The notes: generated by a model not told the origin, from the sequence alone. A DNA stretch of 64,000 bases from Candidatus Geothermarchaeota archaeon (GCA_015523605.1 WAKC01000043.1:47339-111338), one strand, 5' to 3'; counted from the stretch's first letter, positions 48,535-58,805 are shown. Numbers and translations are program-made.

Positions 48535-48789
48535 CTATCTTTCCTCGTTTATATCTTTATAGGAGAGTCTAATCCCTTCATCCTCGAGTGTTATTTTCAG
48601 GAGTAGTCTCTTAACAATATTCTCCTTTGTATTGAACTCTTTACCACATATTCCACATTCAATATCTGATTCCATGTCTAGGATATACCATGAAGCGTCT
48701 ACATAGAGTTTTCCACAGTTTGGACACCTTATTAATGTCACGTCTAGATATGCTTCTTCATTCATAAAATTATAATTGTCCGACTTCAT
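48535..48789 (-). CDS. Small zinc-ribbon protein
   Basis: CPNC...CGIC; overlaps the end of ttuA. Confidence 0.7.
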   Translation of the reverse strand: MKSDNYNFMNEEAYLDVTLIRCPNCGKLYVDASWYILDMESDIECGICGKEFNTKENIVKRLLLKITLEDEGIRLSYKDINEER

Positions 48790-49732
48790 TTATCCATATC
48801 TTGAGATTATTTAATAGTCCTAGATTCTCTAGATATCTACATGTCCTACATATCTCCTGTGAAGTGGGTTCACCACATATCCTACATGAGTTTATCCTAG
48901 GAGGCTCCTTAGACCCGTATCTCTCTAATGTTGCAAGTAGACTATTTAGGATTTTATATTTAATTCCTGGATTTTCTTCCTCGAGTTGGTTTATAAAGCT
49001 TCTAATGTCATTCCTGAATGCCTCGGGGGCATATGGGCATTCTATAAACCTCGGATATAAACCGTTTATAATCGCGTATAGGGTTGTCTCCATTTCCAAA
49101 ACTTCATAGAATGGCTTGACTCTATGTATGAATTTTATGTGGGAGGCGCTCTCCGTTCTTGGATGGAGATGTAATATCCTCTCGATACTGTTAGTGAAGA
49201 TATTTAGTAGGTAGGTCTGTATAATATCGTCTAGGTTATGGGCTGTTGCAAGAACGTCACCACCGATAACCCGTGCACCTAGGTTTAAGAGGTATCTCCT
49301 GAATACACCACAATATGAACATGCGTATGTAGGTAACCCCTTCTCTCTAGAGAGTTTTAATATATCGTCTAGTGAAAGTCCAAAGACATCCTCATATGAT
49401 ATAAGCCTATATTCAGCGTTTATCCTTTTATTGACCTCTTTAAAATCCTCTATTGTAATATCTCTATACCCCTTTATACCCTCGTCAATAAGTAGAGCGG
49501 TTACTCTAATCCCTAGCCTCTCCCTATATTTATTAAGAATATATAAGAGTGATAACGAGTCTTTTCCACCAGAAACAGCTATAACTACATGTTCACCTCT
49601 CCTCAATAATTTATATTTTGAAATTGTCTCTAAGGTTTTATCCTCAAAGTATTTGGTAAAATGTTTAGAGCAGTATACCTTCCCCAAGTATTTGTATACA
49701 GGTTCTTCACCACATTCCATGCATCTATCCAT
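48770..49732 (-). CDS. ttuA: tRNA 2-thiolation protein, TtuA/Ncs6 family
   Basis: N- and C-terminal zinc fingers, PP-loop SGGKDS, CSYCGVFRR, HNLDD, CPY; start moved to ATG 49732. Confidence 0.9.
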   Translation of the reverse strand: MDRCMECGEEPVYKYLGKVYCSKHFTKYFEDKTLETISKYKLLRRGEHVVIAVSGGKDSLSLLYILNKYRERLGIRVTALLIDEGIKGYRDITIEDFKEVNKRINAEYRLISYEDVFGLSLDDILKLSREKGLPTYACSYCGVFRRYLLNLGARVIGGDVLATAHNLDDIIQTYLLNIFTNSIERILHLHPRTESASHIKFIHRVKPFYEVLEMETTLYAIINGLYPRFIECPYAPEAFRNDIRSFINQLEEENPGIKYKILNSLLATLERYGSKEPPRINSCRICGEPTSQEICRTCRYLENLGLLNNLKIWINEVGQL

Positions 49733-49733
49733 A

Positions 49734-49937
49734 TTATCCACCGGATACGACTGGAACAAGCTTGACGTTAACCACCTTGAATATTTTATAGTCCCAGGTA
49801 ACGATCTTATCATCTACCACTGGGATATACTCGTTTTTCCTAAGACCAAGTTTCTCTGCCAGTTCTTCCAAAGTTATTCCTCTATATACTTCAACCAATC
49901 TCTTCTCTCTCCCCAAGACTTCAACCTGTATCTTCAT
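49734..49937 (-). CDS. ttuB: Ubiquitin-like sulfur carrier (TtuB/SAMP/ThiS)
   Basis: 67-aa beta-grasp-sized protein ending PVVSGG, immediately upstream of ttuA. Confidence 0.85.
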   Translation of the reverse strand: MKIQVEVLGREKRLVEVYRGITLEELAEKLGLRKNEYIPVVDDKIVTWDYKIFKVVNVKLVPVVSGG

Positions 49938-50068
49938 CTATATCCAATTAATATTGTGTAGACACAGCCTATTCAAATATGGCATAAGTAAATATCGGTT
50001 TACACCTGTAAAAACTAGGTTTACATTTTCTTAGTAAGTATATCATAATATTATGGGGTATATGGGGT

Positions 50069-51046
50069 ATGAGAGTGGTTGATACGGTATCTCTAGGAGG
50101 ACTTAAAATATCTAGGATTGGGTTAGGTGCTTGGCAAGCCGGTTTTAGGAGTTGGGGATCTGGATATACAAGGGAAGATGTCATATCAGCATATAGATAT
50201 GCCTTTGAATATGGCGTTAACTTTATAGATACAGCTGAGATATATGGAAACGGTGTTTCAGAGGAGATTGTAGGTGAAGCTATAAAGGGTTATGACGTTG
50301 TCGTTGCGACTAAGGTTGCCGGTTTCCATACGTCTGAGCATAGGATTTTCAAGAGTGCTGAGATGAGTAGGCGTAGACTGGGTGTAGATGTTATAGACCT
50401 TTATCAACTTCATTGGCCTCCCTCAATCTATACATCCCTATGTAGGGTTATGAGGAGTCTCGAGAAGCTGGTTGATAGAGGTATTATAAGATATATCGGT
50501 GTTAGTAATTTCGATGGTGAACTTCTCAAGAAGGCTATGGAATGTATGTCTAAATATGAGATTGTATCTAATCAGGTTCAATATAGCCTTGTATACCGGG
50601 CTATTGAGAGGAATGGTCTGGATTTTATGAAAGAGAATAATATATCTATGATAGCTTATAGCCCCTTGGGTAAGGGTGTTTTAGCTGGGAAACGGGTGGT
50701 TGATAATAGGGCTAGGAGGTTTGACTATGTATTCCAGAAGGCTGCCAAGGATGAGGAACTCCTTAGGTCTTTGAAGGATATCTCTGAGAGGTATGGTGTC
50801 TCCTTGGCATCTATAGCTCTTAGATGGATTGTTGAGAAGGGTGGTGTTCCAATTCCTGGTGTTAAGAAGCGTAGTCATGTCGATGCTATCTTGGATGCGC
50901 TTGATATCAATTTGAATAGGGAGGATGTTGAGTTGCTTGATAGGGTCTCAATGAAATATGTGGATATGCCGTTTTCAGCTGTTGTCTCTAGGTTAGTTCC
51001 AGGTTTCTTTGTTAAGCTTGTTATCTCATTCATGAGGGGTGTATAG
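50069..51046 (+). CDS. Aldo/keto reductase
   Basis: GLG.W, DTAEIYG.G.SE, ATK, DLYQLHWP, IGVSNF, YSPL..G.L, PIPG. Confidence 0.92.
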   Translation: MRVVDTVSLGGLKISRIGLGAWQAGFRSWGSGYTREDVISAYRYAFEYGVNFIDTAEIYGNGVSEEIVGEAIKGYDVVVATKVAGFHTSEHRIFKSAEMSRRRLGVDVIDLYQLHWPPSIYTSLCRVMRSLEKLVDRGIIRYIGVSNFDGELLKKAMECMSKYEIVSNQVQYSLVYRAIERNGLDFMKENNISMIAYSPLGKGVLAGKRVVDNRARRFDYVFQKAAKDEELLRSLKDISERYGVSLASIALRWIVEKGGVPIPGVKKRSHVDAILDALDINLNREDVELLDRVSMKYVDMPFSAVVSRLVPGFFVKLVISFMRGV

Positions 51047-51469
51047 ATGGTGAAGTATCTAGTAGATTATACGGTGTTTGGAACGGTATTAACTGGTTTA
51101 GAGGGTTATATGGACGCCTTTAGATGGGTTAACGAGAATGTGGGTGAGATAGCTACATTAGATACCGTTTACATCGATACTGTAGAGTATTCCTATGGAT
51201 TATTACAGAGAGATTTTATAGAGTTTGGAGAGGTGTTTCTCAGACTATCTAATGTCCTTAGGAGTCTAGTCGACTCTACAGTCTCTGAGTTTATATGTTA
51301 CAAAGATTATGTTGAGGAGGCTATGAAGATTTCTAGTGAAAATGATTTGAGCCCCCGTCTATCACTCTATTTAGTTGCTGCTAGGGAAAATGGTTTGAAA
51401 CTTGTTACGATGGATGAATCTCTCTCTAGATTTAATGATGTAATTGTTTTAGAGGTAAGTGACAAGTAG
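51047..51469 (+). CDS. PIN/VapC-like protein, apparently degenerate
   Basis: N-terminal LVD.TV and C-terminal A.......L....SLY...A......LVT.D..L pattern; the expected Asp of the D..Y motif is Leu. Confidence 0.55.
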   Translation: MVKYLVDYTVFGTVLTGLEGYMDAFRWVNENVGEIATLDTVYIDTVEYSYGLLQRDFIEFGEVFLRLSNVLRSLVDSTVSEFICYKDYVEEAMKISSENDLSPRLSLYLVAARENGLKLVTMDESLSRFNDVIVLEVSDK

Positions 51470-52171
51470 ATGGTTAGAATCAAATTATATACGTCTAAAC
51501 TATATCCTATAAAGATTTTGGAAAGGCTGAACAGATTTGTAGTGAAGGCTGAGCTGGATGGAGAGATAGTCCTCTGCCATAATACAAATACTGGTAGGTT
51601 ACATGATTATCTAGTCGCGGGTAAGATGGGCCTTGCGATTCCAATAGAGGGTAGTAGACTACGTTATAGAGTTGTAGGCATATTAGATGGAGATGGATAT
51701 TCCCTTATAGATACCTATTCCCAGGCCCTTGTATTTGAGAAGCTAATTGATATGGGTATCATTCCATGGATAAAGGATTGTATAATTATATCTAGACATC
51801 CGAAGATTCTAAATAGTAAATTGGATTATCTCTTGAGATGTGGAGATAAAGAACTTTATGTAGAGGTTAAAAGTGCTGTATTGAGAAATGGGGAGGCAGC
51901 TTCATACCCTGACTGTCCAACCGAGAGGGGCAGACGCCACATTAGAGATATTATGAATCTTTTTGAGATGGGTAATAATGTGATGTTGATATTCTTAGCT
52001 GCGTTACCTAATGTGAAGTGTTTTACACCGTATAGGGAGGGTGACGAAGTGGTTTATGAGCTTGTCTTTAAAGCATATGAACTTGGTGTTCCAATCAAGA
52101 GCTTGGCATTCTATCTTCTTGAAGATGGATCAGTAGATGTATATAATCTTGATCTACCTCTGTGTAAATAG
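51470..52171 (+). CDS. sfsA: SfsA-family DNA/RNA nuclease
   Basis: RLNRF, H..NTGRL, LDYLL, VEVKS, YPDCPT.RG.RH. Confidence 0.9.
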   Translation: MVRIKLYTSKLYPIKILERLNRFVVKAELDGEIVLCHNTNTGRLHDYLVAGKMGLAIPIEGSRLRYRVVGILDGDGYSLIDTYSQALVFEKLIDMGIIPWIKDCIIISRHPKILNSKLDYLLRCGDKELYVEVKSAVLRNGEAASYPDCPTERGRRHIRDIMNLFEMGNNVMLIFLAALPNVKCFTPYREGDEVVYELVFKAYELGVPIKSLAFYLLEDGSVDVYNLDLPLCK

Positions 52172-53113
52172 GGCTCCAGTTTGAATTTCCATTTTCCTTA
52201 AATCATTGAGGCTGTCTATTAATTCCTTAATAAGATTTGATTTAACCCTATACCCTATTCTATATACTTCAGATGGTCTGGGTGGTTTATGGGGGTAGAT
52301 GAATCCTCTGAGAAAGCCTAGAGAACCATGATACGGGAGTATCTTCCAGAGTCTTTTAGGGCTATTTATTCTTATTGTTAAAGGGTCTTCAAAACCTAAT
52401 TCCTTCGAGAACACTCTAGTTATGATCCCTATATCACGGTAGAAGAAGGTAAGATTAATGGGGATATCCTTGTTTATGTCTTTCTCTTCTAGATACTCTA
52501 CAAACTCATAGATGTCTTTAATGGGTGTATACCCCGTAACTATGTTTGTCTCTATCGTAATCCCTCTCTTAGCCAGTTGATACATTTGTATCCATTCTGG
52601 ATGATATGGGTATTTTCCTACTAGAAGCCCTGGTCTAAGAATGGTTATACTATATCCATTTCTTGTCAGTCTCTCCAAAAGTTTTTCACCATAGATTTTG
52701 CTCTCGATATATCCACTAAGCACGATACCCGGGTTATATGCGGAGATGTGGATATACCTACCTCTAAACAGGTTTTCCCTATAAATTTTTGAAGCTATGT
52801 GGAAGGAGAGTCTCCCATGTACGTATTTCATTTCATCTGTTGAACCTCTATTAATACCTGCTAGGTAATAGATGAGTCTGGGCCGTCCAAACCTATTTAT
52901 AGCGTTTAAAACTGTATTCGGCGTTAATTCATCATCTATATAGAATCTAGCTCCCAGTCTTCTCAGTCTTTGGAATAGTGTCCAACGTCTTATAATGCTT
53001 TTCTTTCGAGATATAATTAGAACATTTTCTCCATTGCCAATATAGTTATAGGCTAGGTTGTAACCCAGATAGCCGACTCCTGCCAAGAGGATTATGTAAC
53101 CCCTATAATCCAT
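52154..53113 (-). CDS. NAD-dependent epimerase/dehydratase family protein
   Basis: G.GYLG, Y.ESK, ILRPG. Confidence 0.75.
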   Translation of the reverse strand: MDYRGYIILLAGVGYLGYNLAYNYIGNGENVLIISRKKSIIRRWTLFQRLRRLGARFYIDDELTPNTVLNAINRFGRPRLIYYLAGINRGSTDEMKYVHGRLSFHIASKIYRENLFRGRYIHISAYNPGIVLSGYIESKIYGEKLLERLTRNGYSITILRPGLLVGKYPYHPEWIQMYQLAKRGITIETNIVTGYTPIKDIYEFVEYLEEKDINKDIPINLTFFYRDIGIITRVFSKELGFEDPLTIRINSPKRLWKILPYHGSLGFLRGFIYPHKPPRPSEVYRIGYRVKSNLIKELIDSLNDLRKMEIQTGALFTQR

Positions 53114-53122
53114 AATAAAAAA

Positions 53123-54634
53123 TTATGGTGAGAGGAATTTATTCCTAAGATATTCAATATAATAGCTCGGGTTTATCCCTTCTCCGGTTGCTTTTCTAAT
53201 GAGTTCCTCTGGCTTATACATACCTCCATACCGGTGTATCTTCTCTTTAAGGAATTCCTGAATATCTGTAAATCTCTTCTCTAAAATCAAGTTCGATATC
53301 TTGCCCAGCTCCTTCTCCAGTACTCTACTTATCTGTGCAGATAATATATTCCCAAGTGTATATGTCGGGAAGTAACCCATGAGTCCAATGCTCCAGTGAA
53401 TGTCTTGGAGTATCCCCTCACTATCCTTCTTAGGCCTTATACCTAGGAATTCCTCCATCATGTTGTTCCATGTTTCCGGTGCGTCATCCACCGTGAGTTC
53501 TCCGTTTATGAACATATGCTCCATCCTGAATCTTAGGATAATATGGAAGTCATAGGTCAACTGGTCTGAATCCACTCTTATAAAGGTTGGCCTAACGATG
53601 TTGAAATATTTATAAAGTTCTTCCTCGTCATACTTGGCTGTAAAGTCCAAATGCTTGTCAAGGATGGGCTTTAAGATACTGGTGAACTCCCTTGATCTAC
53701 CAATTATATTTTCCCAGAATCTGCTTTGACTTTCGTGTATACCTAGGCTCGCCCCTCCCTCTAGAGGTGTATATTTAAAGTTTGGATCTATCTGAAGGTC
53801 ATATAACGCATGTCCATATTCATGTAGTACTGAGTATAAGGTTCGTCTAAAGTCATACCCCTCATACCTTGTTGTTATTCTTACATCGTCTAGACTTATC
53901 CCCGTGGTGAATGGATGTGCTGATACGTCGAGCCTAGCCCTCTCCCATGGATAGTTTAACAGGTCTAAAACCTCTTTATTCACCTTCTTCATAGCCTCAA
54001 TATCATATTTAACGTCTTCAAGGGTATGCTTGGAGGGGAAGAGCTCTTCATTATAGACCTTCTCAAATATAGGCTTTACTTGTGACGCTACTTGGTCTAG
54101 AATGGACTTTGCCTTCCTATATGTTAAACCCTCTTCAAATAAGTCTAGAAGGGCGTCATACCTATCTTCTTCATATCCGAGATACTCTGCAGCTTTACGA
54201 GAGAGATTTATATTTCTCTCGAGATATGGCTTGAAAATATTGAAGTCAGACTTGTACCTTGCTTGTACCCAATGCACTCTAGCTTCTTCACGGGCTATCG
54301 CCATCTCCCTGATTAGGTCTTCGGGCAGCGCCCTATATATCTTTACAGCTCTATCTAAAACCCTTACTACGCCCCTCTCATATTCGTTAAGATCATCCAT
54401 CATATCCTTTGCCTTATCAAGTTTAGCTAAGAAGTTTTCATCAAGAAGTAATTTCCTCGATAGTACACTCAATTCGGATGAGGCCGTACCCCTATCCATA
54501 TATGCCTGTTTCGGCATATATGTCTCAGAGTCCCAGCCCATGAGACTTGACGCATGACCCAGTGCCCATATAACCCTGTAATGCTCAAGAATCTCTTTTA
54601 TCGTCTCATTTTGAAATATATCCGTGGATGACAT
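53123..54634 (-). CDS. Carboxypeptidase, M32 family
   Basis: WD.ETYMP, HPF, DVRITT, HEYGH, HESQS, LQDIHW, GYFPTY.LG. Confidence 0.95.
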   Translation of the reverse strand: MSSTDIFQNETIKEILEHYRVIWALGHASSLMGWDSETYMPKQAYMDRGTASSELSVLSRKLLLDENFLAKLDKAKDMMDDLNEYERGVVRVLDRAVKIYRALPEDLIREMAIAREEARVHWVQARYKSDFNIFKPYLERNINLSRKAAEYLGYEEDRYDALLDLFEEGLTYRKAKSILDQVASQVKPIFEKVYNEELFPSKHTLEDVKYDIEAMKKVNKEVLDLLNYPWERARLDVSAHPFTTGISLDDVRITTRYEGYDFRRTLYSVLHEYGHALYDLQIDPNFKYTPLEGGASLGIHESQSRFWENIIGRSREFTSILKPILDKHLDFTAKYDEEELYKYFNIVRPTFIRVDSDQLTYDFHIILRFRMEHMFINGELTVDDAPETWNNMMEEFLGIRPKKDSEGILQDIHWSIGLMGYFPTYTLGNILSAQISRVLEKELGKISNLILEKRFTDIQEFLKEKIHRYGGMYKPEELIRKATGEGINPSYYIEYLRNKFLSP

Positions 54635-54679
54635 CTTAAAACAACAATAGACTATAAATAACTTATAAATATGGATTTA

Positions 54680-55747
54680 TCAAACTTGGATATACTTCTC
54701 CAGCTCCTCAAATACTATATCAACATGTTCATCATACTCCGCTAGGATTTCAGAGGTATCTATATGAAATCTATCAGGCTCCTTCATAACCATTCTAGCT
54801 TCATCAAGTATCCTATCAAAATCTCTGATATATTTAACTGGGAATCCCTCGCCCATGAGATATTTTAGAATATCGTCTCTAAAATGGTAAGATACTGTGG
54901 GTACACCTAGTAATGCTGCTTCTCTAGCCATTGTCCCCCCTGAAGCGATTACCATATCTGATGCCGCTAACAATTCAACTGCATATACAGGTTTATCGAG
55001 GATGATTAGATTCTTTATCCCTTCAAATCTCTTCCTCTCATCTCCATACCGAGGTATTAACACTATCTTAGCATATTCAGCCAGCTTTTTCACCAAATCT
55101 TTTAGATCATATTTCACTCCATAACTGTAACTTGCGTAGTACTCCATTGTTCTGATAACCATAAGTCGATCTGGAACCTCACCTAGATATTTTTTTAAAA
55201 CCTTTTCTTTGTCGACTTTCAGATGTTCTTTTACCCAAGTCACTTCCTCCGTCCCTTTATATTGGATTATCCTATCCTCCTCCAAGCCTCTGGAAACCCA
55301 TTTACATTTCGGTATTGCCTCTGGAGATATTAGGACCGTGGCCAACGGAATAGTGAGTCTAACTACAGGCTCATTGTGTGGAGTATCATTTGAATATACT
55401 ATAGGTATTCCTAGGTGGTACGCTGTTCTTACTCCAGCTACATTTCCATGTGTCCATAATACACTAGGTTTTCCATTCTCAATTATATAGTCAAGCATCC
55501 TCCTCTCTTGCTCTAGTGTAGCCATATACTTCTCCTCTAATGTGTATCCATATCGGCCTGTGATTACATGTTCAATACCAAAATAATTTAGCAATGGTAT
55601 TGTTTGGGTAGAGTGTCTGGCGAAGACCACATAATCCAAACCTTTCCTATCAAGTTTCTTGATTATATAATTTATAATTATCGAGTCTTTTGGTGTAGCC
55701 GCATCCAATGCAACGTAACTCATTGATGAAATTAAATATGGTCTCAA
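54680..55747 (-). CDS. DUF354-like GT-B fold protein
   Basis: D..TPK, G.YG, D.PH, GGTMAREAALLGVP. Confidence 0.75.
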   Translation of the reverse strand: MRPYLISSMSYVALDAATPKDSIIINYIIKKLDRKGLDYVVFARHSTQTIPLLNYFGIEHVITGRYGYTLEEKYMATLEQERRMLDYIIENGKPSVLWTHGNVAGVRTAYHLGIPIVYSNDTPHNEPVVRLTIPLATVLISPEAIPKCKWVSRGLEEDRIIQYKGTEEVTWVKEHLKVDKEKVLKKYLGEVPDRLMVIRTMEYYASYSYGVKYDLKDLVKKLAEYAKIVLIPRYGDERKRFEGIKNLIILDKPVYAVELLAASDMVIASGGTMAREAALLGVPTVSYHFRDDILKYLMGEGFPVKYIRDFDRILDEARMVMKEPDRFHIDTSEILAEYDEHVDIVFEELEKYIQV

Positions 55748-55854
55748 TATTAATGAATGTAAGTATATTTCGTGAGATTTTCTTACTAAGGACTATAATA
55801 TATTATATCGTGTATGTAATTATATTATTATCTCTTGTTGGAGGTGCCTTGTGA

Positions 55855-56196
55855 ATGCCTACATTAAGCACTGGACTTGTTATAGCGGGTGCGTATGCCG
55901 ATAAACTCAGGAGGACTCTTTTTGCACAGCTAAGGAACGATGTCAAGGAGGGTAAAGTATCTAATCAGGAGGTTGCCCGTGCAGCCGCTGAGATGAACCA
56001 GCTATTATTTCATATACTGGTTGAGGACCTTAAGATGGAGAAGGGGGATGCTGTTAGGGTTAGAGTTGACTACAGTGTGGAAGATGGGACGATAAAGTGG
56101 AACTTATCTACATTGACGGTTGAAGCTTTTAAGAGGATGAATGACGACGAGGTCCAGAATATAGTTAAGAAGCGCGTTGAAGAGTTTTCTAAGTAG
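55855..56196 (+). CDS. ThermoDBP-related single-stranded nucleic acid-binding protein (DUF2258)
   Basis: LSTGLVIAGAYADKLRR.LFA...R...E.N..L...K.D.VR; GGAGGTG RBS. Confidence 0.8.
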   Translation: MPTLSTGLVIAGAYADKLRRTLFAQLRNDVKEGKVSNQEVARAAAEMNQLLFHILVEDLKMEKGDAVRVRVDYSVEDGTIKWNLSTLTVEAFKRMNDDEVQNIVKKRVEEFSK

Positions 56197-56461
56197 TCTC
56201 TTCATCCCTCTCTTTATATTTTATTTTTGCTATTGCTCCATCGTCTAACTCCTTAATCTCTATTATCTCGGACTTTAGGCTATGCTCTTCAAGGATATAT
56301 ATTATATCCTCTATCCAATCGTAATATCCACATGTCTCGCAGAAGCTACCTCTAAATTCTAATGTCACTACGTCCTTATCTATAGATATGAGTTTAGCCT
56401 CAGCTTCGACACCTCTATATCTATTATACTCCTCCAGAGCTTTCCTAATCTTTTTCATCAT
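56189..56461 (-). CDS. Small CxxC protein, NifU-C-like
   Basis: YNRYRG.EA...V..EF.GSFC.TCG. Confidence 0.6.
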   Translation of the reverse strand: MMKKIRKALEEYNRYRGVEAEAKLISIDKDVVTLEFRGSFCETCGYYDWIEDIIYILEEHSLKSEIIEIKELDDGAIAKIKYKERDEETT

Positions 56462-57372
56462 ACCTCTATATTGAAGTATAGCCTAATGAAGTATCCAATT
56501 GAGAATGATATGAACGCTACACCCATCGTTAATACCAGCATCTCCATAAACTCTCTCTTCCATGTTATTTCTCTTACTACTGATGTATAGAAGGTCAGGG
56601 CGGCTATAATTAGACTGGCTATTATTAGACTTGATGCAAGGCTTAGGTATATATTTAATCCTAGGAAGAATGGCATTACAATTAGAAGTACTGTTATGAT
56701 GTAGGCCATTCCAGTGTATAACGCCCCTTTAACTGCATTAACATCTCCTTCGCTCCTTTTTGAGAGGTATTCGGATACAGCCATAGACATTGAGGCGGCT
56801 ATACCGGTTATTAAGGCTGCTAATCCGACGATCAACGTGTTATATAAAGCTAGGCTCAATCCTGTTAGTGCACCTGTTAATTCGATAAGTGCATCTGATA
56901 GTCCTAAGACTATAGAACCTATAAATTGAAGTCTCTCATCGGTTAGTAGGGATAGGAGTTTATCTTCATGTTCAAACTCATCTTTTAGTATCTCTTTTGC
57001 TATCTCTACTTTTTCAGCTGCTTTTTTATATCTCTCTTCAGCCTTCCTCTCCCCCCTTTCCATAAGCTTCAATGAAAAAACAAGTCCAAATATTCTATAC
57101 ATTAGTTTATAGAATCGGATTTTATTCCAGTCTGGTTCTACATCTCTACCCGTTATCTCTTTCCATGTGTTGTAATGTCTTAGTTCATCCTCACTTATCT
57201 TTTGAAGAACTTCTCTATTTCTACCTTCCTCTTTTTCAGCTAGATATCTATATATGTGATACTCGGTAATCTCATCTCTTTGGAAATTTTCTAGGTCTTT
57301 CATTAATTGAGAGTCTATATTCATCTCGGCACTCAAATAATATATTTTATGGTTTGATGAAATATATCCCAA
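56458..57372 (-). CDS. Rubrerythrin/ferritin-like domain fused to a VIT1/CCC1 iron transporter
   Basis: E....Y, DE..H, E.GE, DE.EHE di-iron motifs, then VLGLSDAL.E...SMSMA.SEYLS. Confidence 0.85.
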   Translation of the reverse strand: MGYISSNHKIYYLSAEMNIDSQLMKDLENFQRDEITEYHIYRYLAEKEEGRNREVLQKISEDELRHYNTWKEITGRDVEPDWNKIRFYKLMYRIFGLVFSLKLMERGERKAEERYKKAAEKVEIAKEILKDEFEHEDKLLSLLTDERLQFIGSIVLGLSDALIELTGALTGLSLALYNTLIVGLAALITGIAASMSMAVSEYLSKRSEGDVNAVKGALYTGMAYIITVLLIVMPFFLGLNIYLSLASSLIIASLIIAALTFYTSVVREITWKREFMEMLVLTMGVAFISFSIGYFIRLYFNIEV

Positions 57373-57402
57373 TGAATATACATTTTTGGATGGTGTATAC
57401 CA

Positions 57403-58170
57403 ATGTCGACCTATAACTTTATCGAGGTTTTTGATAGAGATGGTGTAAGATGGATTGTGTTTAACAGGCCTGAGAAGTTGAATGCCTTTAACCGTGGACT
57501 TATGGAGGAGGTAATAAGTGCCTTGGGAGATGGAGACTTTTGGGCTGTTGTTTTTACAGGAAAGGGTAAAGTGTTCTCAGCAGGCATCGACTTGGGCGAG
57601 CTGGCCAGCTCTAAAGACTCTCTGGAGAGTGGAGGCTTATTTGAAAAATTGGCTGAAATGGTCAATGCCATTCTAATGCTTGATAAACCAGTGGTTATCG
57701 CTTTGAATGGATCTGCATATGGAGGTGGAGCTGAGTTTCTATGGCTGGGAGATTTTGTCATAGCCCCGAGAGATGTTAAGATTGGTTGGCCTGAGGCTAG
57801 ATGGGGGCTTATCCCACCGTTTCTACCTGCATTGGGTAAATATACCCTTGGTTTGATGAGGAGTCAATACCTAGCATATACATCAGGAAGTATAACTGCA
57901 GAAGAGGCATACAAAAATGGTTTAATAACCGTTTTAGTCGACTCTGTTAATGATCTTGAAAAGACTGTAGAGAATATCCTAAATAGCTTGATGAGTAACT
58001 CTCCAGAGGCGTTCAAGAGTCTCAAGAATTATTTTAGAAGGATAAAGATGGATGTATTAGCCATGTATGGAGTCTCTGAGCTTGTTAGGCTGGGTAGAGA
58101 TTACAGAGTTGTCGAGAGGGCGAAAGCGTTTATAGAAGCTAAGAAATATCCCAGTTACGAATGGGGTTGA
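57403..58170 (+). CDS. Enoyl-CoA hydratase/isomerase family
   Basis: NRPEKLNA, FSAG.DL, NG.A.GGG.E, PE...GLIP. Confidence 0.9.
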   Translation: MSTYNFIEVFDRDGVRWIVFNRPEKLNAFNRGLMEEVISALGDGDFWAVVFTGKGKVFSAGIDLGELASSKDSLESGGLFEKLAEMVNAILMLDKPVVIALNGSAYGGGAEFLWLGDFVIAPRDVKIGWPEARWGLIPPFLPALGKYTLGLMRSQYLAYTSGSITAEEAYKNGLITVLVDSVNDLEKTVENILNSLMSNSPEAFKSLKNYFRRIKMDVLAMYGVSELVRLGRDYRVVERAKAFIEAKKYPSYEWG

Positions 58171-58718
58171 CGAACAGCCTTTAGAAGATACCTAAACCTC
58201 CCCATTTTTACAATGTCAATCCTTGAGTCTTGAAATATTTCTTCAATTTTTTTCTTTAGATCCATAGATTTGTAGAAATTGCCTGGAAATCCGAGGAGTA
58301 ACTCGAGATACTTTATAAACTTACCTGTTAGAGTACCAAGTTCTATCTCAAATATCATAATTTTTTTAGACGCTATTGAAGCTATATTACTTAATGTTTT
58401 ATTAACATCTCTAAAGTGGTGTAGTGCATCATGTATAATAATATTCTCGAATGACCCCCTCCTAAAAACAAGTTCTTCTGCAGCTGCTTGCACCCTATCA
58501 ATCTCGGGATCTCCATATGTCAACATTATATAGTCTATGTCTTGAACCACGTAGTACGGTTTTTCTTTTATGTAGAGATAGAGGTAGCCTGGGCCCCCAC
58601 CCACGTCGAGAGTGTCTCCCTCAACTTCCTCCAGGAATTTTATCGTTTCCTTATATAGAAGGGGGTGTCTACCAGGTCTTCTTCTATAAATTATTCTTAG
58701 AAGGTGTTGCCCAATCAT
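58155..58718 (-). CDS. Class I SAM-dependent methyltransferase
   Basis: LDVGGGPG, AEEL.F...SF, DALHHF.D. Confidence 0.8.
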   Translation of the reverse strand: MIGQHLLRIIYRRRPGRHPLLYKETIKFLEEVEGDTLDVGGGPGYLYLYIKEKPYYVVQDIDYIMLTYGDPEIDRVQAAAEELVFRRGSFENIIIHDALHHFRDVNKTLSNIASIASKKIMIFEIELGTLTGKFIKYLELLLGFPGNFYKSMDLKKKIEEIFQDSRIDIVKMGRFRYLLKAVRQPHS

Positions 58719-58805
58719 TATGGTCTTCCATAATTAAGGAATTGTATTGTATATATAACTTTGAATAATCATGTATACCCATAAACTATTTAGGTGGTAT
58801 TTAAT

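Noticed and set aside
49997-50070. Short repeats (GGTTTACA twice, TATGGGGTA twice) and small palindromes
   Set aside because: Too short and too few for a CRISPR array or iterons; compatible with an ordinary divergent promoter.
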